Part shown: one piece after another, positions 1-13,913 of the stretch | Layout of the letters: each line of letters opens with the position of its first letter | Position numbering within the stretch: position 1 is the first letter of the stretch | Translations under genes and position numbers: made by a program | Notes under the pieces: generated by a model | Told to the model about the DNA's origin: nothing | The model's database searches: none | Seen by the model: only the letters and a program-made list of their open reading frames with translations | Source of the DNA: Octopus vulgaris | Lineage: Eukaryota | Direction: 5' to 3' | NCBI GenBank assembly: GCA_951406725.2 | Contig: OX597815.1 | Coordinates: forward strand, 69,812,001 to 69,876,000 | DNA length: 64,000 nucleotides

Positions 1-303
1 TGAGTAACAGTTTGTCAGCGACTTACACAATATAAATGGGTACAATTTGCGAGGCTTCCGCCACACGCCACTCCGTTTCACGGACCACAAAAAGGGTTTT
101 GAGGACAGAGTAGTTGATTCCAAGCAAAAAAACCGATTTTTTTTCTTAGTGAAAATTGTGCGAGTGTTAATCTACAAATTTAACAACATTTTTTCCATTC
201 ATTTCTGTTTATGAACATGTATGCGTGCGCAAAACATGCAATAAGTGTACGTACGTACGTGTGTGTATGTGTGTTCGTGTCTGTTGCCCATATATATTTA
301 TAT

Positions 304-339
<36 letters not shown>

Positions 340-345
<6 letters not shown>

Positions 346-477
346 TATAATATAACTAATTTCAACGGATTTCGCCCAAATTTGACGTCTATATTACTTA
401 GTTTGGTTTGAAATAAAGAACTTGATTAGCTTAATAATCGTAACTTAATCCCGGGCAAGGCCGGGTTATACTGCTAG
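340..477 (+). mobile_element. Helitron 3' end fragment (non-autonomous)
   Basis: GC hairpin CCCGGGCAAGGCCGGG (450-465) followed by CTAG (474-477) and flanking T, the canonical Helitron 3' terminus. The 5' boundary is approximate. Confidence 0.65.
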
Positions 478-971
478 TATGTACTATGTTTCCTTCACAT
501 TCTCCTTCTCTAACTCTTGTCTCTTAAGATTTCTTTGTTCGTCATCAATCGTTATCTATCAACGTTATCTATTGTTATCTATTTATCGTTTCTCTTTATC
601 ATTATCTATCTATCTATCAATCTATCTATCTATCTATCTCATCTATATATATATCTATATATCTATCTATCGTTATCTTACATTGACATCCTTCTCTCCG
701 TCTTTCTTCTCCTTTCCTATTTCTGTCTCTGTCACTTTTCTACTCCTTTCACCGTGTCTCCAGTTACCCAATTTACGGTAGAACCAATATATAGCCCCAT
801 ACCAGCAGTACAAATCGTTTCATTTCCATCAACTAAATTGTCGGAAAACCTCATTACACGCGACGGAAGTAAGTCACACAGACCAGAATTATTCTGAACT
901 ACAGTTTAACATATCTATTACAGGTCTTCCCATTCTCAGTCTTGTTTTCTCTATATCTTCTATAATAATGA

Positions 972-1065
<94 letters not shown>

Positions 1066-1606
1066 TAACGTATGAATAATGACTGAGTATTCTACAAAAT
1101 ACAGGGACTCTTAACGTATTTCTCAGGCACGATCAGCGTGAATAAAGTGTACGACAAAGCGAAGGTAAAATCCATCCTACAGGCTTCTTTACAGTTTCCC
1201 TCCGCTCAATTTCCCTCAAATGCATGAGCCGAGTTCAATTCAAAGAAAATATCACTTGCCTCAGGTACAACGAGGTGACATCGAATCCAGCACCACGTGA
1301 CTGCGAGTGGAACTGTAGTGTGCCTCACTGCAACGGAATGCAACGGAACATAGCATGAAATAAAGCACGAAGCTGTGCAGAAACTTCTTAGTTATTAGAC
1401 TTATTCAATGTAGTGGCTAAATCTCACTTAATAAAGTTCCTAGCGTCGAGAAGACACGGGAAGACGAACACTCACCGAGTCATAGCGCGAAAGAAAGGAA
1501 GAAAAGAACTTTCATCTATTCATAAACAATAAGAAAAGAGTCCGACATCGGGGACTTTTACGATAAAAAGATTATATATATATATATACGCATGTATATA
1601 TACTAA

Positions 1607-1817
1607 TTTCAAACTTTGGCACAAGGCCAGCAATTTTTGGAGAGGGGTTTCTCGATTACATCGACCTCAATACTTGACTGGTTCTTATTTTATCGACCCC
1701 GAAAAGGTAAACGGCAAAGTCGACTTCGGCGGAATTTCAACTCAGAACGTAAAAACTGACGAAATGTCGTCAAGCGTTTTGCCCGGAGTGCTAACGATTT
1801 TGCCAGCTGGCCACCTT
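1607..1817 (-). mobile_element. tRNA-derived SINE, family B (Nin-like central domain)
   Basis: Minus strand has a tRNA-like head (TGGCAAAATCGTTAGC ... GAGTTGAAATTCC) and central TTTCGGGGTCGATAAAATAAG. Homologous copies at 6510, 13914 and 32465. Confidence 0.8.
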
Positions 1818-2519
1818 ACACAGATACATATTATATGCATATATACGTACATAGATGTGTGTGTGTGAGTGTGCATGTGTGTGTGTGTGCGTGTGTGCGT
1901 GCGTGCGCAATTGTAAGTATATGTATACATATGTATGTGTACATTTAATCTTGGTTATTTTAGGAATTTAATGATATCTTCCGTACTCACAAGATAAACT
2001 TGTTATTGTTCACTTCCATAAACGTTTAAGTATCCTCTTCCTTAAATTTGATACGAGTATTTATCTGCTATACTGACAAAATTACCTTGATACCCTCACA
2101 CACTGTATCATCAGATTTCATTCAGGTCACCGAAATACGTTGTTTGTATAAATATATATGTATACAGGGCCTCATCTAATAGTATATTTAATCTTTCTTT
2201 CAAAATATTCCGACGTTCGGAAAAATCTGAATTGTTTATGAAATTATTGTTTATGAAATTGTTAATAAAATTTAAATAAGTAATCAACAAATATAAAGCT
2301 GCTCGATGCTAATTACCTAATTTAACACTACTAATCTACATATGTCGTAGCATCCATCAGTTTCCATATAACCGTGCAGATCAATGTTAAGCTGAATCTT
2401 CATTCCTCTTGATAAGGTGTTTTAACACCGAAATATCGTAATATAAAGAAAAGGTGTAAAACGTTTTTGTTTTGCTTTTATTTTGCTTTTGTTCTCATTC
2501 TTTTATTTCCAGCTAACAT

Positions 2520-2890
2520 CCGAGCACCAGGAGTTGGTAGAGGACTGCCACAAGAATGAGTGGAGTGGAAGACAGTGTGTTTAGCAGTGAAGGTTAGCTG
2601 CCGAGGGTTTGCATGTCGTTCTCTGAGTAAGGTTTATGAAACTCTAAGCATTTCAGAATCTTGAAAATGAAGAGCCATCGAGAACAAGGTAGAGGTTGCT
2701 GTGAAAGCATTTAAATTATTCTAGCTGAAAAGAGGTGATTGGTGGAGTCAGTTGAATGCCGCTTGGGCACAAGTCAAGATCGACTTAATCAACCTAGGTC
2801 GGATCGCATAGTTGGAGGTGTATGTTGTCAGATCCGAAACATCCTGGGTGTTCAGTATACAACACTGACGATGGATTCAAGTGACGCGTC
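2520..2890 (+). mobile_element. HERO-clade (R2 group, RLE) non-LTR retrotransposon 3' fragment, degenerate, with 3'UTR
   Basis: Manual translation across stops and frameshifts gives HQELVEDCHKNEW...VKVSCRGFACRSLSKVYETLSI...RAIENKVEVAVKAFKLF*LKRGDW, matching the HERO C-terminal EVGCRGF...RAI...W pattern. Confidence 0.7.
2814..2877 (+). ncRNA. Non-circularly permuted hammerhead ribozyme candidate (intact core)
   Basis: GGTGT-A-TGTTGT / CA / GATCC-GAAACATC / linker / ACAACA-CTGACGA-T-GGATT. Stem I is 6 bp, stems II and III 5 bp each, cleavage triplet GUA. Confidence 0.75.
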
Positions 2891-2994
2891 CTTAGGCGTT
2901 TGTTGAATTATCGGTTTTCTAGAACATTTTTAACTCTGTCAAAATGATTCATATTAACGACACTCCATATTATTTACACATGTGTGGTTGTGTG

Positions 2995-3047
<53 letters not shown>

Positions 3048-3103
3048 TGCATATATATAGATTACATTGCTAAGTAGTGAGATAGACATATAGACAGACA
3101 GAC

Positions 3104-3183
<80 letters not shown>

Positions 3184-3196
3184 GGATGGATGGATG

Positions 3197-3251
<55 letters not shown>

Positions 3252-3252
<1 letters not shown>

Positions 3253-5344
3253 TGTTTCTTTATTAGCCACATAGGGCTGCACACAGATAGAACAAATTAC
3301 AAGGCAGAGCTTTTCTTTTGAAGATTTAAAAAAAAAAAAAAAGAAGGGGGAGTTTCGATCAAAAGGGATCGTAAAAGGAGAGAAAGAGGACAAAAAAAGG
3401 GGGTTAAAAAAAAGGGGGAGAGGAAAAAAAAAAAATTGATCAATAGGGATCGTTATCACAGAAATGTCAATATGAAGTGTAAAGGGGAGGACAGGTGAGG
3501 TTTACCCGTGGAAAGAAAAGCCTACGGAAAAGACCACGGTAACCTCGGTCAATGGAGTCACATGTTATATTTCTTTTTTTTTTTTTTTTTTGCAAATAAG
3601 CAACTCTCTGTTTTCAATTTCTGGGTTCATAGGATCATGCTCAAGGTGGCTTCGTCATTCATACGTGCCATTCTTGCTACATTCACCCATCTTTTTTAAA
3701 ACATTCGCTAGACAAAACTTGCCTCTCTACTCTCACTTTCCTTTTCAAGTGGTACTTGAAGAAGTTGATGAGAGATTGACCAGAGAGGAAAGTGTTTGTC
3801 TCCAATCCTTTCAGACGCGTCCACCAGATACATTCTTTCGCCATAGCCACAAGGATGATGAAAATAGCTCTTCCTTCCCGTTTGAAGGAGGGAGGCGTGA
3901 CAATATTGACGATAGACTCAGCTGATAAACCGACACGTCCCACACGTGACAGCAGTTGTTCGACACAAGCCCACAGGTCGGAAATTGTTGGACACTGCAC
4001 GAGTGCGTGCAGAACGGTTTCGTCGCTCTGACCGCATCTCGGGCAGGTCGGCCCCGTGTTTCTCGAGCCGTGTCTGTAGAGCTTATCCCGAACGGGTAGC
4101 GCTTCTCGGTAGCACTGCCAGGCCAGGGATCTCTGGAAGTTGTCCATGGGCCCTGGCCCGAAAGTCGTCCTGAACAGGCGGGTCAGGTACTCCTCGTCGA
4201 CGTCCAGGTTCGCCCCGAGCTCGTCGTCGTACCTCCCCTCCACTAAACCCCTATAGAATGCTTTGGTTGTGTTGAAGTCACTCAAGGTCGACCCAGGACG
4301 GCAGAGTTGCTTGAGAGCAACGCGACACTCGCGGTGCCATTCGCCCTTCTTCGGCCTCTTTTTGATCCACGACTGCAGTTCGGTCATGGAGACGAGCTGC
4401 GGGAAAGCGTGCCTCACAAACGGCGACCACACCTGTTCACCGTCGTCTACATAGAGCCAGAGATGTCGCAGTCTCAGCGCGTGTCTGCGCATCATCAACC
4501 ACGGCATGCCCAGCCCTCCTTTTAACGGGTGTTGACAGCAAATGGATCGCCTGACCATCGGGACGCATCCTTTCCACAAGAAGCGAAAGAGAATGCGTTG
4601 TAGTTTGGTGATGGTAGGGTCGGGACAAGGTACGACGGTCAGGCGGTAGTAGATGACGGACGCGATGTACGTGTTCGCCACCTCCGCCCGACCTTTTAGG
4701 GACAGTTTCCTCTCGGCCCATTGCCGGGCGAGAGTGACCACCCTACTCGTTATCTCGTTCCAGTTCTTCTCCACTTGGAGGTCCGGACCAAACCAGACCC
4801 CGAGCAACTCAACCGGGCCGTCGGTCCAGCGTCCCACGACGGAGGCGCTGGTGGACGGCATGGGCTTGCTTCTCCAGGTGCCTAGTCGCAAGCCCACTGA
4901 CTTTTCCCGGTTGATTTTTGCTCCTGTCACCGCTTCGTAGTTTTTCAGTGTCTCGCCGACCTGCTCGATGTGCTCGTGGCTAGACACTATGACGGTGACG
5001 TCGTCCGCGTATGCAGACACGCTCGTCCCGCATCCCAGTTCTCGCGGGATGCCTCTCAAGGTTGCCAGCTTCCGCAATAATGGCTCGAGAGTCAATACGT
5101 ATAGAAGCGACGAGAGGGGGCATCCCTGACGGACCGAACGTGCGATGTCGAAGGGTCTCGATAGATGTCCATTATCGCGAATTACCGAACGGATGCCTCT
5201 GTACAAAGCGGCTATCCAGCCGCGGAAGACGGGACCGAAGCCAGCCGCTCCGAGGACCGCCTCCAAGTATCGATGGTCCACCCTATCGAAAGCTTTCGAT
5301 TGATCCAAATTGATCAGCGCCCCACCCATGCCAGGTTCGTTAAC

Positions 5345-5345
<1 letters not shown>
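3252..5345 (-). mobile_element. Tx1/L1-clade LINE, 5'-truncated (RT domain to 3'UTR), inside (GATA)n
   Basis: ORF 3683-5521 has [19 protein letters not shown] and C-terminal [20 protein letters not shown] lies just before the (TATC)n tail. The ORF N-terminus is microsatellite translation. Confidence 0.95.
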
Positions 5346-5421
<76 letters not shown>

Positions 5422-5450
5422 GGATGGATGGATGGATGGATGGATGGATG

Positions 5451-5499
<49 letters not shown>

Positions 5500-5739
5500 A
5501 TAGACAGGCAAACAGAGACAAAGAAAGATAGTGAGAGAGAAAGAAAGAGAGAGAGGCTTCTAAAGGTCAGTACTTGACTCTTATTCCATTATAAAAGACA
5601 ACACTTGCCCTGGTTAAAACTCTAATATATTGCAAGTAAGATTCCCTAGTATTAAGCCACCTATTCTCTACAGTATTTTGGGTTAAAACCGTAAAATAAC
5701 ATGCTCTGTCCAGAAACACAACCGAATGCCAGCACTGGA

Positions 5740-6155
5740 TGAACTCATGATTTTAGCGACAAATAGACCAATATTTTCTACCTTTCCGAAAGTGGTTCGA
5801 TGGAAATTCAGAATTAAATTTGATGCACAATATTTTTTTTAGTAGTTTAGTGAGAAGAATTGACCTAAGTCTGTAATGTTGGTAGACTCCCCATGATTGT
5901 GGGTTATTGATGTGGTCGTTGATCAGCTTGTACAAATCGACCGCTGCAGGGATACCTAACACGATGGATAGTGATTCCAGAAGATTGGTATTGTGGAGAT
6001 GAAGGATTGTAGGGATAAACAATCGTAGGCATGAATTTTATTAAGAATTTCTTCAAAGAATTTGGAATTTGGTTTGATCTTCTTCCCAAGTTACTGACAG
6101 AAAAAGAAAGAACGAGAGAAAGAAAGAATGCAACTTCCGGTTTGACCACAGCATG
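5740..6155 (-). mobile_element. Possible highly degenerate CR1/L2-type LINE ORF2 C-terminal fragment
   Basis: Weak similarity of LLESL...VDLYKLIN...HYRLRS...KYW to CR1/L2 ORF2 ends; no catalytic motif visible. Confidence 0.3.
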
Positions 6156-6509
6156 CATAAATATATATATATGATTTATAGAAACAGCGTATCACTTTGC
6201 GCAGAACGAAATCCGATGAGATGTTTGAGAATGGTGTCGAGGCAACTGAGTCACTATAAGAGATAAATCCTCAGTATGTGTTATAATACGTTTCGTGTAC
6301 ATGTATATATAATTCTTTATGAGTAACACTTGACCATTTGTTGCCGTTGAATTTGCTCCACTTTCTATGATTTCCTTTCTAAGTCATTCGACACGAGCTC
6401 TAAATTATTCGACACTGGCTGGAGTCGTTTTGTTTATTTTTGTATTCGAAAGTTCACTCTGCTGTCTTCTCTCATAATACTTAACTAGTATTTCTTCTTT
6501 TGCTCTCTG

Positions 6510-6670
6510 TTTCTGATTTAGGTACAAGACCAGCAATTTTGAGGAGAAGGCTTAGTCGATACCACCGATCCCTTCATTTGATTGGTACTTTATGTTATCG
6601 ACCCCGCGCCCCGAAAGGACGAAAAGCAAAGTTGATCGTAGCGAGACTTGAAGTCAGAACGTAATAAGAT
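6510..6670 (-). mobile_element. SINE family B, diverged copy
   Basis: Homology to 1607-1817 (acaagaccagcaatttt ... ggtactttatgttatcgacccc ... cagaacgtaa). Confidence 0.65.
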
Positions 6671-6851
6671 GGAATTCAGCACAGGTGGCAGAACAAATAC
6701 CACAAGGTAGTTTCTGATAAAAGCGCAAGACCAGTAATACTGAGGGAAACAGGTAAATCGAGGGTTTGGAAATCGTTCTCGGCTTAAACTTCGAACATAA
6801 AGAGCCAGAAGAAATACCGCTCAAACGAATCTACCAATCCATCACCCTAGA

Positions 6852-6926
<75 letters not shown>

Positions 6927-7115
6927 TGATGATGATGATGAAGCATTTTGGTTCTGCGCAAAATGCAACACCAGTGATGAAATGCAAACCTTCCTCACTC
7001 AACTCTGGCTGGCTGGCTGACTAATTTATTATCGGTTCTGACTGCCGCTGCATCACTCAGTAAATTTGTTCTCTGTTTTATGTGAATTCTTTTTATCTAA
7101 AAACATAGATGCATG

Positions 7116-7235
7116 CATGGCTGTAAGGTTAAGAAGTTCGCTTTGCAGCCACATGATTTCGGGTTCAGTCCAACTATAGCCCCGGATTGACCAATGCCTT
7201 ATGAAGGAATTTAATGGACAGAGACTGTGTGGAAA
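7116..7235 (+). mobile_element. tRNA-derived SINE family A, 5' fragment
   Basis: tggctgtaaggttaagaagttcgct...gggttcagtcc head, homologous to the full copies at 20169 and 42793. Confidence 0.6.
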
Positions 7236-7252
7236 CATGTACGTATATGTAG

Positions 7253-7332
<80 letters not shown>

Positions 7333-9215
7333 GTAACCTATTTCGATGTACTGAAATTAATGAAAATCTGTAACCTAAGGACCAAGGTCGTCTTAGAAAC
7401 ATTATAAGCCACCAGGCAAACCAGTTTACTGGGCCCTATATCTTTTATTTATTGAGGGCAAGTCACAGCATACATAGATTAGAATTGGACTCGTAGGGTC
7501 CCCGGGCAAGTGACGCTATACCTTAAGATGACACTACTAAGAGCCGTGGATCCCATTGGTGCACAGCAAGAGACCTCAGCCTTTCTTGGGCATCAACCAA
7601 CTTCCTGTTTTTTTCGCCATCTTTCTCCTGGTCCATTCCTCGCTGTTGCACAACCACCGCCTCTATGGTCTTCCCATACTTCTTCTATAGTTTCTAAAGT
7701 GACCTTTTAAATTAGAACGTATTTAAATACTTTCCGAAATAAACATACACTTCATTTAAAGGCTCTAAGGGAGCTTAGAAGATGATGCACTAGCAATCAG
7801 CTCTGAAAACACTGCTCCGTATTGGAGAAACAACAGAAAGCTAATGAAGGTGATTTCGTACTTCTTGTTCCCTTTTCATTCAATTATTTCAAGTACTACT
7901 TTTACCATAAATTTGTGTATGCAAGATTATATTCACCGTGTTTTAATAATTGACTAAAGGGTTTCGCGTTTTGCAGTCTTTCGAACAATTTCTTTCCTGA
8001 TACTCTTGTTTGTTCGATGTTAGATCGAACTGACTATAAACATCCGTCGTTTTTTCTCTGAAATCTAGCCCCAGCAATTCAGGAAAACTTCAAGGGTTAG
8101 ACAACGAAGCACATTCCATTTATCATCTAAAACCTTACAATGTGCAATGTGTATATCATCCACATCACTCATGAATATAACCAAGCGATTTAATATGATT
8201 GTTTAGATTAAGTGGTTAAGTTAGAGAAAGAGCTGTATAATTAACGCTTGATTTGTAAGTTCTCTTCAGTATCCAAATCTTACTATAGCAACATGAAACT
8301 GTTCTTAGACTGAACTTCAGACCACAGTCTTCAAAGCAGCCAGCCACTCATCCTTACCATTTGATCCACATATTTTTTAGTTGTTATTGTTCTTGGTTGT
8401 GGTTGTGGTGGTGGTGGTGTGGGTGTGTTGATTACAGGCTACGTTTGATGGCTGGCGCGAAGCAGTCCATCTCGCTTAAAATTTATTACGCATAGGCATC
8501 CATCACAAGAAGGGTGGACATCTTGTTTTACTATAAGAATTTTTACAAGTTATATTTATAAATAGCTATCAAAATCTATCAAAAATATCTTCATTTTTTA
8601 ATTTTAGTTTATGTTTTGGAACAAAATTCAGTGGAATTCTAAAAGAATAATAGCTTTAATATATTTCTAATCAATGGTATTTCTTTCTTCACACATTCAA
8701 ATAATATCGTCTGCACCGTTGACCTAAATTCGTCAATTTGGAATTCGAGTGACAGCCAACATTACATTTCACTATACCCTACCCCTACCCTTTCATCTCC
8801 AGCGCGCCTTTCTTCCTTCCTACTTTTCTTCCTTCCTTTCTTTCTTCCTTTTCTTTTATTCTTTTTTCTCTCAGTTGCATTCAATCTTATTATTCCTATC
8901 TTTTTCATTCATTTTATTTATTTATTTTTACTTTTCTATTTCTTAATCATTCCGTTTTCTGTATTCTTTCTTTTTGTTCTATTTTTATTCTCCCTCCATC
9001 TTTTTGTTTTTACTCTTCCCTCTTTCTTTCTTCTTTACATGTTTCTGCATGTGTGTGTGTGTTTGTGTATGTGTGCATGTGTGTGTTTATTTCTTATTTC
9101 TTCCCTACCACACTCTCCCTATCTGATTCAGTCTCTCTCTCCTTTTTCTCACTTTCTTACACCCTCTTTCGATCTCCATCTATCTCTCTATCAATCAATC
9201 AGTCGATCAATCAAT

Positions 9216-9287
<72 letters not shown>

Positions 9288-9517
9288 TTACCAATCTATC
9301 ACATTCACTTTCACACACATACTCTCACTCTCTCTCCTTCCCTCTCTCTCCTTCCCTCTCTCTCCTTCCCACTCTCTCCCTTCCCCTCTCCCTTTTTCTC
9401 TCTCTCACTCTCTCCCTGTCTCTCTTTCCCACTCTGCTGATTTTCTCTTAACTCACACTTTTGTTCCTATCTCTCCTCTCCCTCTCTCCCTCCCGCGCTT
9501 TCTCTGTCACACACACA

Positions 9518-9569
<52 letters not shown>

Positions 9570-9953
9570 ATCTTTCACACACACACACACACACACGAAC
9601 ATACTCACGCACGGAAACGCCACAGTGTAGTCGGAAAATTCAGTATTACCTATATATGCATTACATCACACCATCAGACTGACTTTCGAAATGGATAGCC
9701 ATTAATGCTGTTGCCAATAGCGACAGTAGGTGCAACATAGTTCTAGTGAAATAAGAAAACTTAAAGAAAGAAAGAAAGAAAGGAAGAAGGTATTGTTGGA
9801 GGGGCGGTAGGGGAAGAAATGACGATAAGATGAGAAAAGGAATTTTAAAACAAAAATATACCACTACAACGAAGGCTAAGACATTACTATATAAATAGAA
9901 GACAAATAGGAACTGGGTAGGTAGGTAGGTAGGTAGGTAGGTAGGTAGGTAGG

Positions 9954-10029
<76 letters not shown>

Positions 10030-10384
10030 CAGACAGATAGACAGGTAGATAGATGTATACATGTGGTTGTGTATATTATACATATATGTTTATATGTATG
10101 TGTGCATATTATTATTTAATGTATATATGAGTGTGTGTGTGTGTGTGTGTGTGTGTGCATGTGTGTATGTGCTTGTATACACATGTGAGTGAACAAAGAA
10201 AGTGGTACACAACAGATTTGGTTAGAGTTCTATGTATTTAATAGCACTTTGACTCAACAACCTATTACTTCAAGTTTCCTCGATGGAAAACACGTCCACG
10301 AAACTTTGTGGAGCTGCGTCAGTCTGTCATCCTGTGTGTGTGTGTGTGTGTGTGTGTGTATCAATGAATATATACATATATATG

Positions 10385-10450
<66 letters not shown>

Positions 10451-10677
10451 TATACACACACATACACACTTGATTTAAAAGCAGTAGAAATATAACAAAA
10501 GCTGTTACTCAGAGCTTCACATTCCCGTTCGTCGGACATGTGTGTGTGTGTGTGTGTGTATTGATAGAAATGGCAAGACAGCCAAAGAATGAAAGAGACC
10601 GCGATATTATGTAAATAGAGGAATTTATCTGTAAATGTAATATGAGACAATTTTTCGGTAGCCATGATGAAACTCTA

Positions 10678-11030
10678 CCAACCACATAGTTCTGGGTTCA
10701 GTCCCACTGCGTGGCTCCTTGGGTATGTGTTTTCTACTATAGCCTCGGACCGACTAAAGCCTTGTGAGTGGATTTTGTAGACATATATGTGTGTGTGTGT
10801 GTGTATGTGTGTCTGTGTCTGTGTGTCTGTGTGTCTGTGTGTCTGTGTGTCTGTGTTTGTCCCTCACTATCGCTTATTTATGTGCCCGTAACTTAGCGCT
10901 TCGGCATAAGTGACCGATCCAATAAGTACTAGGCTTACAAGGAATAAATCCTGGGGTCGATTTGTTCGACTAAAGGCAGTGCTCTAGCATGGTCGCAGTC
11001 AAATGACTGAAACAAATAAAAGATTAAAAG
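10678..11030 (+). mobile_element. tRNA-derived SINE family A
   Basis: B-box-like GGTTCAGTCCC, CORE-like CCTTGGG..TGT, internal (GT)n and tail ...GCAGTCAAATGACTGAAAC; many copies in the window. Confidence 0.85.
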
Positions 11031-11445
11031 AATATATATGTATACATGCATGTATATAATATGGTCGAATAGTTAAGATGTCCACTTTACAAAATTAGGG
11101 TTCGATCTTATGGCGTCGCATCTTGGGAAAATAGCATTTTCAGTGGCCTTGAATCGACTCACCTTGAGAGTGAAACAGTTAAAAAGAAACTGTACGGAAG
11201 CCGGTAGAGTGGTCTGTACCTCTACTTCAAAGGTACACCCTTGTTACGCAATGTGTTACGCTATTGAGAATTACATTGATGGTAAGCATGTCCGAGGAAT
11301 ACTCAGCTAGTTTGCATGTTAATTCAATGTAAAGGTAATATAGATAATCGAACAACTAAATCTTCGTTTATACTAACGGAGATTTATTACATTATAAAAA
11401 TTTATATGTGTTTGTATGTCATTAAATACATATATATGTATATGT

Positions 11446-11502
<57 letters not shown>

Positions 11503-11845
11503 CAAACACGCATACATATAATAAAAGCGGTAGGTTCACACATAGATATATACACACGCATATATTGTGTATGTATGTATATGTATGTATGCATGTATGT
11601 ATATATGCATACATACATACCCTCATATATATACGTACATATATATACGTACATATATGCCTATAGATTCATGAATAAGTATGCATGTGAAATTTAAAAT
11701 CAGTACGATATTTAATAAAGAAAGGCTAGAAAATAAAGGAGTGAATGAAAGAAAGAAAGAAAGCAAAGAGAATGAAAGGAAAAAGAAAAAGATTTAATGA
11801 ATGAAAGGAAGAAAGAAGAAAAGAACGGAAAGGAAGAATAATGGG

Positions 11846-11892
<47 letters not shown>

Positions 11893-12382
11893 AGGAAGGA
11901 AGGAAGGAAGGAAGGAAGGAAAGAAAGATGAATGAAAAAATAAGAAAGAAATGTAGGAATAACGACAGAGAAATTACGACAGAGAATGCGATAAGAAAAG
12001 AATAAAACAGACAGATCGATTGATCGATTTATTGATCGACAAAGATATAGATAAAGAGAAAGCTGGGGATGGTGGGTATAGAGCGATATGAATGAAGAAA
12101 GGCAGAAAGAGAGCCGCCATTGCAACTGCAGCAAGCATGTGCAGACGACATCCTCCAAAAGGAAGGTGAGTAGTCTCCACTTGATGCAGTGGTTGGCTTT
12201 TGGAGAGAGAGAGGAGTGAGAACGTGAGGAGTGAGAGGCAGGTGAAGGTAGAAGAGAGGGGAATAAAAAAAATAAAGAAAATAAGAAGTAGCAGACGACA
12301 ACAATGACGACGACGAAGGCGAGGAAGAAAAGCCAGAAGCAGACGAAGGGGGGGAAGGAAGAGAAAGGATCAGGAGGCGAAT

Positions 12383-13220
12383 GAAGAAGAAGAAGAAGAA
12401 GAAGAAGAAGAAGAAGAAGAAGAAGAAGAAGAAGAAGAAGAAGAAGAAGAAGAAGAAGAATAGTGGGAGGAATTGTACAGGAGAGGAGTAGGATGAGTGA
12501 AGGGCATGTAAGAGAGTAGTGGGAGGAGAGTGATGCTAATATTGTTACGAAAGATGGTTGATGTGTGTCTCTTTGAATTTAATGCATTGTACATTATTAC
12601 ATTGCATTGGTTGTTGCAATCGTGTTAATATGCATTTTTGATTTGCAAATTTATATTCGCATTTCGTATGTGTGTGTGTTTATGTGTGTGTATGCTTTTA
12701 TGTGTTTACGTGAGTGTGTGTATGTATATGTGTTTATGTGTATTCCAATTTTTTTTCATGTCCATAACATAATGTATGTTAAGAAATTGTTTCTTTCCTT
12801 CTTTCTTTCTGTCTTTCTTCTTTTCTTATCTTCTTCTTCCTCCTCCTCCACTTTTCTTTCTTCTTCCACCTCTTCTTCTTTTTCCTCCTTCTCCTCTTCT
12901 TCTTCTTCCTCCTCCTCCTCCTTCTTTTTCTTCTTCTTTTTCCTCTTCTTTTTCCTCTTCTTCTTCCTCCTCTTCTTTCTTCTTCTTTTTCTTCTTCTTT
13001 TTCTTCTTCTTTTTCTTCTTCCTCCTCTTTTTCTTCTTCCTCCTCCTCCTCTTCTTCTTTTTCTTCTTCTTTTTCTTCTTCTTTTTCTTCTTCTTCTTCT
13101 TCTTCTTCTTCTTCTTCTTCTTCTTCTTCTTCTTTCTTCTTCTTCTTCTTCTTCTTCTTCTTCTTCTTCTTCTTCTTCTTCTTCTTCTTCTTCTTCTTCT
13201 TCCTCCTCCTCCTCTTCTTC
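12383..13220. repeat. (GAA)n tract and an oppositely oriented (TTC/TCC)n tract
   Basis: Directly visible at 12383-12460 and about 12830-13220. Confidence 0.95.
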
Positions 13221-13473
13221 TTTGTTCATTTGTGAGTGCATGTGTATGTGAGTGCATGCGAAAAATTAAGTATTGCTGAACTATATATGCGTGTAAGCAT
13301 GTATGTGCGTATATATGCGATGTGTTTGTATGTATGTGTGTGTGAGTGTGTGCGACAGCATTTGTTTAAATTTGATTTTGTGTATGTGTGTATGTGTGCA
13401 TATGTTTGTTCGTGGGAGAGTATCCATTTAAAACTAAAAAAAGGCTTAGGTATACACACGCACATACACACAC

Positions 13474-13507
<34 letters not shown>

Positions 13508-13699
13508 GTGCATGTGAATGTATGCATGCGTGTGTGCATGTGTATATATGTTCACATTTGAATACGTATACGTCGCGTTATATTAGTGTGTCTATGCAAG
13601 CTTGTATATAAGGTCGTAAAAGAATATGTGAATATTCATTTCCGGTGCGTATATACATATACGTGCGCGCATACAACCCACACACACGCACACGCACAC

Positions 13700-13905
13700 A
13701 TGCAGAACAGAATTTCAGGGGACAAAGAAAACGCGAACTGCGTAAGTCCAAAGTCAACTTCCTGTCTTCAGTCCCAGCAGACCACCAGTGCTCGACCTGC
13801 GACAGAGCCTTCCGAGCACGCATCGGACTGATCGGCCACGGCTGGATACGCCTTGTCCTCTTCTGCTTTGTGATGTTCTTGGTCATCGTCGACAACGACG
13901 GATGA
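13700..13905 (+). mobile_element. RTE (BovB-like) LINE 3' fragment
   Basis: QRKRELRKSK...HQCSTCDRAFRARIGLIGH is the C-terminal zinc finger typical of RTE ORFs. Confidence 0.75.
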
Positions 13906-13913
13906 ACTAATAA

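Noticed and set aside
6262-6312. Possible seventh permuted hammerhead on the minus strand (GAAACGTA ... ACATA-CTGAGGA)
   Set aside because: Stem II does not pair and stems I and III need several mismatches.
12607-13279. Poly-E/K/R/S/L ORFs
   Set aside because: (TTC)n/(TCC)n repeat open in several frames on both strands.
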